From: Minisyncoccota bacterium
GTDB taxonomy: Bacteria; Patescibacteriota; Minisyncoccia; Phycocordibacterales; UBA918
Reading direction: 5' to 3'
Assembly: GCA_041389045.1 (NCBI GenBank)
Contig: JAWKSQ010000001.1
Coordinates: 267,063 to 331,062 of the forward strand
Length of the DNA: 64,000 bases
Positions 56,613 through 64,000 of this stretch are shown here, piece by piece (within the stretch, counting starts at the first letter, position 1; every line of letters starts with the position of its first letter). A program made the translations under genes and the position numbers. The notes beneath the pieces are model-generated. The model was not told where the DNA came from. It saw nothing but the letters and a program-made list of their open reading frames with translations, and did not search any database.

Positions 56613-58966
56613 TAGGTGACGCTCGTATTACCGGCGCACTTCGCGATAGTGCTAATAGCGCTGGTACATCCGGCTACGTCCTTCAGACCACCGGTAGTGG
56701 TACTCAGTGGGTCGCCACCTCATCCCTTGGTATAACCGGTTCCGCCGGAGTTCTGTGCGGAGCAGTTGGTTTGCGACTCAGATGGCTATCAGCTACTACG
56801 CTTGGTACTTCCACTCTACTAGACAACGGTCTAGTCGCTGGTATCAACGCTACTTCATCTAGCTATTCTTTCAACGTCCAAGGTGCTTCAGGTATCAATC
56901 CATTCCGTGTCGCATCCTCAACCGGGACATCCTTGTTATCTGTTTTAAATAATGGTGAGGTGGAAGTTCTTGGGCAAGTAATTTCTAAAGGTCTAAGTTG
57001 GACCAATATCACCAGTTATCCTGTAGGTAATAGCAGTTGGAGCTCCATTACCTATGGTAATGGACGCTTTGTAGCGGTTGGTGATAATGGTACCGATCTA
57101 ATTATGCATTCAAGTGATGGAATAAATTGGGCAACCACCACTGCTTTTGGTGCAGATGATGATTGGACCTCAGTCACCTACGGCAACGGCCTCTTTGTTG
57201 CAGTAGCTAGTGATGGGACCGATATAGTTATGACTTCCCCTGATGGAATTAATTGGACCGCCCGTTCTGCTGTGGGTAATAATGATGATTGGTGGGATGT
57301 TACCTACGGCAACGGTCTCTTCGTGGCGGTAGGTAGTTCTGGAGATTATGTCATGACTTCCCCTGATGGTATTAATTGGACCGCTCGCTCTGCTGCTGGT
57401 AATAATGATTATTGGACATCAATCACCTATGGCGATGGTCTCTTCGTGGCGGTAGGTAGGTCTGGAGATCGAGTCATGACTTCCCCTGATGGTATTAATT
57501 GGACCGCTCGCTCTGCTGCTGGTAACGATGATTGGTGGAGTTCTGTCACCTACGGCAATGGTCTCTTCGTGGCGGTAGGTAGTTTTGGTGATCGAGTCAT
57601 GACTTCCCCTGATGGTATTAATTGGACCGCTCGCTCTGCGACAAGTGATAGTTGGTCAGGGGTCACTTACGGGGATGGTTTATTTGTTGCTGTGAGTAAC
57701 TATGGCAGTGACTCAATCATGACTTCCCTGATGGTATCAATTGGACTGTCCGAAATACTAATGGAGATGGTTTAAGAGATGTTATATTTGCTAATGGAAC
57801 TTTTGTGTCTGTAGGTGACTATGTAGGCTTAATCTCCGGCAAAGCCGACTACAGTGTCCTCGCCCACAACAACATCTACCAAGGTGGTATGTCAGTCTTT
57901 GGTAATCTTACCGTATCGGTTCATCTACCAACGTAATCCTTTCTCGATAGCATCAACTACCGGTTCAAATCTATTCTCTATTACCAACAGTGGTCGAGCG
58001 ATCTTTGGTACTACCACCGCCACAACGCCAACATCTTCCTTAACGGTGGCTCAGCGACCACAAAACGTTGCAGATTCAAACTCCATTGCGATTGGTAATG
58101 AAGCCCTTACATATACCTCAACCACCTCTACATCACTTCGAAACATTGCACTCGGTTACCAAGCACTTTATGGTTCTTCTACAGCACTAATGACTGGAGC
58201 TGATAACTTCGCAGTCGGATATCAAGCAGGATATGCAAACACCACAGGGTCGTTTAACACTTTCATTGGCTCTGGAGCAGGTAGAGCTAATACTGCCGGT
58301 GCAGGTAACTCATTTATTGGTCTTCAGGCTGGATATGCAAACACTACAGGTTCTAATAATTTTTTCGTTGGTAGTTTATCAGGTGATGTTAATACTACTG
58401 GATCAAGTAATATGTTCGTAGGTTATGATGCTGGTGGAAGTAATACTACTGGATCAAGTAATTTGTTTGTAGGATATCGATCTGGTTTAAGCAACACAAC
58501 AGGATCAGACAACTTTGCAGTTGGTTATGAATCTGCACGTAATAATTCTACTGGTTTAAATAATATAGCTATAGGTAATAGTGCCTTGTTTTATAATACT
58601 ACCGGCTCAGATAATATAGCTCTTGGAGCTACGTCTTTAGTGTTTAACACTACCGGTAACGCCAACATCGCCTTTGGTACTTCCACCCTTTATAACACTA
58701 CCGGCTCTAATAACATCGGTCTTGGTCGCTTCGCTGGATATACTAATACCTCAGGTGGAAGCAACCTCTACCTCGGCGCCTTCGCTGACGCAGCTGCTGG
58801 TACATATAGTTCTTCCACCGCCATCGGTGCTGGCTCCATCGTCGGTCGCTCGAACGCCCTCATCTTGGGTGGTACCGGGAACTCATACGTCAACGTTGGT
58901 ATCGGCACTACCACCCCAGCTTCGACTCTCACTATCCGTGGTACCCGCTGGAAACAATCTTCTTAA
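56613..58966 (+). pseudogene. fibre supermodule 2 (stalk, 7-bladed propeller, 17-residue NTTG beta-helix repeats) with about 4 frameshifts
   Basis: ITGALRDSANSAGTSGYVLQTTGSGTQWVATSSLG; ORFs 56771..57775 and 57854..58966; break at 57722 is CCCC to CCC in ACTTCCCCTGATGG. Confidence 0.65.
57104..57730 (+). repeat. 123-bp tandem repeats (propeller blades), central copies near-identical
   Basis: GT(C/T)ATGACTTCCCCTGATGG recurs at 57227, 57350, 57473, 57596 and (with 1-nt loss) about 57717. Confidence 0.85.
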
Positions 58967-60851
58967 TATCGCTTCTAGTACCGGTGTATCACTATTTTCA
59001 ATTCTTCAAAATGTTGGGGATTGGGACCAGTGCGCCGGTAAATTAACTGTCTGGTGATACAAATTTAATCGGACAGATTTGTTTTATGTAGCCGCGTTTT
59101 CACAGACAACTTCTTGGTAGATAACTTAAATAATAAATTTTTGTCAGATGATTGGTAATGGGTAATACTGGTAATTTAAATGTTAGTAATCAATATGTTA
59201 ATAATACTAAATTGGTTGTATTTGGGGATATTGGCTTCTAGAGGTTATGGAACACAACAGATAACTTTTTGGTAGATAATACCAATGATACTAATGGTCA
59301 GAACCTAGCTATCCATGCCGGGGTAATGCCGGTTATCGATTTTGACTCGGAGAAAAATGGTGGTGATTTATATTTAAGTGCTGGTTTAAGGGAACGGAAT
59401 TGAGTTCCAATGGTAATGTGATTTTGGTTATAATGGTAATTCATTTGTTGGTAATATCGGCATTGCTACCACCACTCCATCTAGCAAACTCACCGTCGCA
59501 GGCGATACATATATAGGTGGCTCACTTAGTGTCTCTGGTGCCTTAAAAGATTCCTCTAACGCCTCCGGTACTGCTGGCTATGTTCTTCAGACCACCGGTT
59601 CAGGCACTCAGTGGGTCGCCACTTCATCACTCGGCTTTGGTTCCAGCCTTTCTGGTGGAGCGGTTGGTTTTGCGACCAGATGGCTCTCAGCTACTACGCT
59701 TGGTACTTCCACTCTACTAGACAACGGTCTAGTCTCTGGTATTAATGCTACTTCATCTAGTTACTCTTTAACGTTCAAGGTAGATCCGGGGTTAATCCAT
59801 TTAATGTGGCTTCGAGTACTGGAGCTTCGTTATTAGCTGTTTTAATAACGGCAACATATCGAACTGAGACAGCGGGCGAGAGACTAGAAGTCGTTGGTAA
59901 CATTATTTCTAAAGGAACTGAGTGGACCTTGAGGACGAGTACGACGACGAATCAGTGAAAGATGTCACCTATGGTAATAGGTTGTTTGTACTAGAGGGAC
60001 CTATTCTGCAACCAATCAATTTTATGACTTCACGATGGTATTACATGGACATCGCGTACAAGTACCAGTTAATAATGTATGGCAGTCATAACTTACGGAA
60101 ATGGCCTCTTTGTGGCAGTGTCTAGTGAATCAAATGGTTCGATCGATAACCGTGTCGTAACTTCACCTGACGGAATAAATTGGACGGCGTTACGCTCAGC
60201 TCCAGATCTAATATGGAATACTGTAACTTACGGCAACGGTTTGTTTGTGGCAGTGGCTGGTAGCTCAGGTGATTATGTTATGACCTCACCAGACGGTATT
60301 ACTTGGACCGGTCGAAGTGCAGCTGGTAATAATGACTATTGGAGAGAAGTAACTTACGGTAACGGACTATTTGTAGCAGTTGTATCCAATGATGGTATGA
60401 TAATTACGTTATGACCTCACCTGACGGTATTACTTGGACACCTAGGTCCGTCACACTCCAATCCTTGGACATCAGTGACTTATGGCAACGGCCTGTTTGT
60501 TGCTGTATCTACTTCTGTTCTAGTAATTGTGAATAACCTCACCAAACGGAATAAACTTGGACATCGAGAACGAGTCCAACCTCGATATGGACATCACCTT
60601 ACGGCAACGGTCTGTTTGTGGCAGTAGGTAATGATGGTTCAGGGTAACAGTTGTAATGACCTCACCAGACGGTGTTGGTTGGACAATTCGTTTGATGCTT
60701 GTGGTAATGATACTTTTATGCTTACCTACGGCAACGGTACGTTTTGTTGCAGTTGAATTTTTCAGACGGTGAAAGGATGTTTTTCCTCCGGTTTTAGGCC
60801 GGCAAGGTAGACTACTCAGTTCTTGCTCACAACAACATCTACCAAGGTGGT
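58967..60851 (+). pseudogene. degraded linker, stalk and propeller of supermodule 3
   Basis: 59460-59790 is homologous to 56590-56890 (47 nt identical at 59689-59735 versus 56790-56836); propeller blades are readable only in short ORFs (59922.., 60079..60414); many stops. Confidence 0.6.
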
Positions 60852-60920
60852 ATGTCAGTCTTTGGTAATTTACGAGTCGGTTCATCTACCAATAGTAATC
60901 CTTTCTCGATAGCATCAACG
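60801..60920 (+). repeat. junction repeat J, copy 3
   Basis: see 55530-55648; a more diverged copy lies at 57839-57960. Confidence 0.85.
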
Positions 60921-63756
60921 ACTGGCTCTAACTTATTCTCCATTACCAATAATGGTCGGGCTATCTTCGGCGCATCATCTACTGCATCTAACATTTTCTT
61001 AAACGGTGGTTCTGCTACGACAAATGTCGCAGACTCAAATTCCATTGCGATTGGTAATGGTGCACTGACTTATACTTCAGTCTCCGCTACTGACTTAAAC
61101 AACATTGCTCTCGGTCACCAAGCTCTTTATGGTTCTTCGACTGCACTCATGACTGGTACGAATAACTTTGCGGCCGGATATCAAGCAGGTGGTTCAAATA
61201 CCACTGGTAGCGGTAACTCGTTTATTGGCTATTGGGCAGGTTATCTAAATACTACTGGTTCATTCAACTCTTTTGATGGTTTTGGCGCCGGATTAGCTAA
61301 TACCACCGGGTCATCAAATATCTTTACAGGATATAATACTGGTTTGAATAATATTTCTGGTTCAGACAATACTGCACTTGGCGCAACTGCTTTATATACA
61401 AATGTTACAGGTAACAATAACATTGCTTTAGGTAACAGTACTTTATTTAATTCAACTGGAAATAATAATATTGCCTTAGGTGCCTATGCTGGATACGGTA
61501 ACACTTCAGGCAATAACAATTTATTCCTTGGAGCCTTTGCTAATGCTTCAGCTGGCACTTACTCTACATCTACTGCTATCGGTGCTGGCTCTATCGTCGG
61601 TCGCTCGAACGCTCTTATTTTGGGTGGAACAGGGAATAATTATGTGAACGTTGGTATTGGTACCACCACCCCAGCTTCGACTCTCACTATCCGTGGCACT
61701 GCCGGCAACAACCTTTTAAATATTGCTTCGAGTACTGGCGCCTCACTACTCACTCTCTTCCAGGATGGTAATCTTTCTCTTGGTACCACCAGCTCAAACG
61801 GTCTCATCAACATGGAACGTTTATCCTTCACCGGTAATGGCACTGTGGCTGGTATTAACCAATACCTCACTTTCGCTAATAGTACCGCTAGTGCTGTCCA
61901 GTACGCTAACCAGACCTACTTAAGTAACTCTAGTACAGCGACCACCACTCTAGTCGGTAACATTATCCGCCTAGCAGACAGCACCACCTTCGGTAACACT
62001 GTACGAGGCTTTGAAGTCCAAACCGAAAGAGGAAACAATACTCTAGGTGAAAACACCGCCATCTCGGGCTTTGCTCGTACCTTTGGTGTACGAGGTGTGA
62101 CTGAAGGCGATGCTGGCGGTACCTTCGAGCCAGCTGGAGTCTATGGTGAGTCAAGAGGTTCAACTCAAGGTAACGCTATCCGTGGTTACTCATCAACCAT
62201 TACCACTTCTTCTCTACTTAAACTCTTCCAAGACACCTCCACCTTTACTGGTACTGGACTTCTCATGAACTTCGGTAACGCTGGTGGCTCTTTCTCTTCT
62301 ACTACCGCTTCTCGCTTCATTGACCTTAAGAACGCTGGTACTTCTATCTACACCGTGGGTGCCTACGGTATGCTCACTATTGGTAACGGTACTACTAATA
62401 ACGCCGGTCTGCAGATTGGCTACGGTGGTATCTGTGTCGATAATGATGGATCTTGTACCGCCTCGACCACCGGTCGTATTACCTCAGTGTCTTCAGCGAC
62501 TGGTAACTCTGACTTAGCGGAAATGTACTTCTCAAATGAAGACCTGGTCCCTGGTGAAATTGTCTACCTGAAGAGTGGTCTTTCTGTCGGTCGGGCTAAT
62601 GCTTCTAGCTCAGATAAGGTTCTTGGCGTCGTTTCTACCTTACCAGGTCTTCTCATGGGACAAGACGACGTTTCACTAAATAGTGGGGAAGAAGGACATC
62701 CAATTGCTCTTAAGGGACGTGTGCCAGTTAGGCTCTCTAATGAAAATGGTGACATTAAAGCTGGGGATGAACTTATGCTGTCTTCTATTCCTGGTGTGGC
62801 TATGAAGGCTTCTTCTACTGGCATCGTAGTTGGTCGCGCCCTAGAAGACTTCAATCCTGGACGCGCCTACAGTGAGACCTATATCAATCAATTCGGTGAA
62901 AGTATCATCGTCCCAGAATACACGCCAATTGACCGGGTGAATGACGCTCGCCTTGATGACGGTTGTTATTATGGTGGTGGTAATGCTTCGGGGAGAAGAA
63001 CCCTGTGTTCCACTCATTTCGACTACCACAGAAGCTAGATACGAAGAAGCCGATGCCCTAGCTTTGCAAACGGCTAAGGATAAAGCCTTGCGCACCCTCG
63101 CTAAGACTAAGAGTGAGACGATAGCTTTAAATAGTGAAGAAACCGTCAAGGTTGGCCAAATCGTGATGTTTGTTGATCTTAAGTACCGTTATCTCGATGA
63201 GAAGGGAATGAATATGTTAGCGGCCCTGTTAGCTACTGCCAGTACTACTGACACGACTAATAATAGTGTAGTAGAGACAGTATGGGAGAGACTAGTCAAT
63301 CTAGCTAATAACTTTGTGGATGGGGTACTGTCTATCTTCAAGCTTAAGGCGGAGAAGGTGGAGACAAGCGAACTCTGTGTGGACGGGGTCTGTATCAATG
63401 CTAGCGACCTACGCCAGCTACTAAATAATACTGGTTCCACAAACCAGTCGAATACAGGTAACCAAGGTGGAGGAAGTACGCTAGAAACTCCAGTGGAAGA
63501 GGAAAATGATGTTCCACCAGTTGTATCTGACACCGGTACCACCACCGCGACCGGTACAGAACCAGTGGTTGACGAGGCAGAGTCTGAGGAGGATGGAGAT
63601 CTTGAGTCAGAACAGGTAGAGAATACTGAAACAGAAGACGTAGAAGTAACAAATGATGAGGTAGTAGTAGAGGAGACGACAGAGGAAGAGTCAGCTAATA
63701 ATGAAGTAAATCAAACAGAGACAGGTACAGCTACCGATACAACAATTACTAGCTAA
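60852..63756 (+). pseudogene. fibre supermodule 3 beta-helix plus unique about 690-aa C-terminal region with acidic tail; one frameshift near 62990
   Basis: ORFs 60852..63038 and 62941..63756 join as ...GGGNASGEEPCVPLISTTTEARYEE...; contains NSDLAEMY...VLGVVSTLPGLLMG...ALKGRVPVRLSNENGDIKAGDELMLSSIPGVAMKA. Confidence 0.65.
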
Positions 63757-63950
63757 GTATTAAAAGAAAAGGCCCTGATAGGACGAAACCTAGCAGGGTG
63801 GACTTTTCCGTTGGTGATGTCCTAATTATAACAATTAGCCATCTAAAGTCAAACTAAAGGAGGATGGATAATAGGAAATTGGTGGAGAGGGAAGTTGGTG
63901 AAAGGAATGATAATGGGGTGTGTGGTGGTGAGTAAGAGGTGGTATTTGGA

Positions 63951-63999
63951 GGCTATCCCAAGACCCAAAAACCGCAGGTTTTTGGGTCTTGGGATAGCC
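63951..63999. other. 23-bp perfect hairpin at the window edge
   Basis: GGCTATCCCAAGACCCAAAAACC-GCA-GGTTTTTGGGTCTTGGGATAGCC; preceded by a C-free G/A/T tract of about 75 nt. Confidence 0.5.
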
Positions 64000-64000
64000 C

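Noticed and set aside
53790-63756. Diversity-generating retroelement (template/variable repeat pair) in the fibre locus
   Set aside because: Differences between repeat copies are mostly synonymous transitions and indels, not adenine-specific substitutions. No reverse transcriptase or accessory gene is present in the window.
63861-63932. 23-codon ORF (MDNRKLVEREVGERNDNGVCGGE) preceded by AAGGAGG
   Set aside because: The SD-like box abuts the ATG with no spacer, the ORF is tiny, and it lies in the purine-rich tract. There is no support for coding.
1-64000. CRISPR arrays, IS elements, integrases, prophage blocks
   Set aside because: No regularly spaced short direct repeats were seen. No transposase or integrase-like ORF and no terminal inverted repeats were recognised. 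The DUF360/holin-4-family gene (48703..49036) is isolated and is a common chromosomal membrane protein.

Overview
Best read as a chromosomal segment from a small-genome, Patescibacteria/CPR-like bacterium. That placement is an inference from gene content and an atypical 16S. In order, the window holds: a stand-alone 16S rRNA gene (792-2248) with its own leader-trailer helix and terminator; small membrane proteins and a G+C-rich islet; tRNA-Ile(GAU) surrounded by duplicated fragments of itself; murD-hyp-murC; a Phd/RelE pair; rsmI; a YkuD-PBP5 fusion; a VirD4/TraD-like ATPase; an LTD-PKD surface protein; and yvcK. A ~25 kb surface-glycan region follows (17.9-45.7 kb). It has 7 glycosyltransferases including a GT11 fucosyltransferase, 6 methyltransferases, a deacetylase, LicD, a sulfotransferase-like gene, a Wzx flippase, gmd/fcl, galE, a short ugd, a Wzy_C-TPR protein and murB. 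This region is interrupted by an intact DinJ/YafQ-like TA pair, a compositionally foreign ORF and an inserted ATP-grasp gene. After it come a 57-aa histone-H1-like ORF missed by the ORF track, secA, obg, gatB, two membrane-tethered HTH paralogues, and a ~10 kb internally triplicated fibre/adhesin locus (53.8-63.8 kb). Two observations cut across the window. First, the 16S 3' tail lacks the CCUCC anti-SD, almost no gene has an SD, and -10 boxes sit 5-11 nt from start codons (leaderless-type expression). Second, about a dozen conserved genes carry 1-nt frameshifts, mostly in homopolymers, so many apparent pseudogenes may be assembly artefacts. No CRISPR array, transposase, integrase or reverse transcriptase was recognised. 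All coordinates and motifs were read by eye, and no database search was possible.
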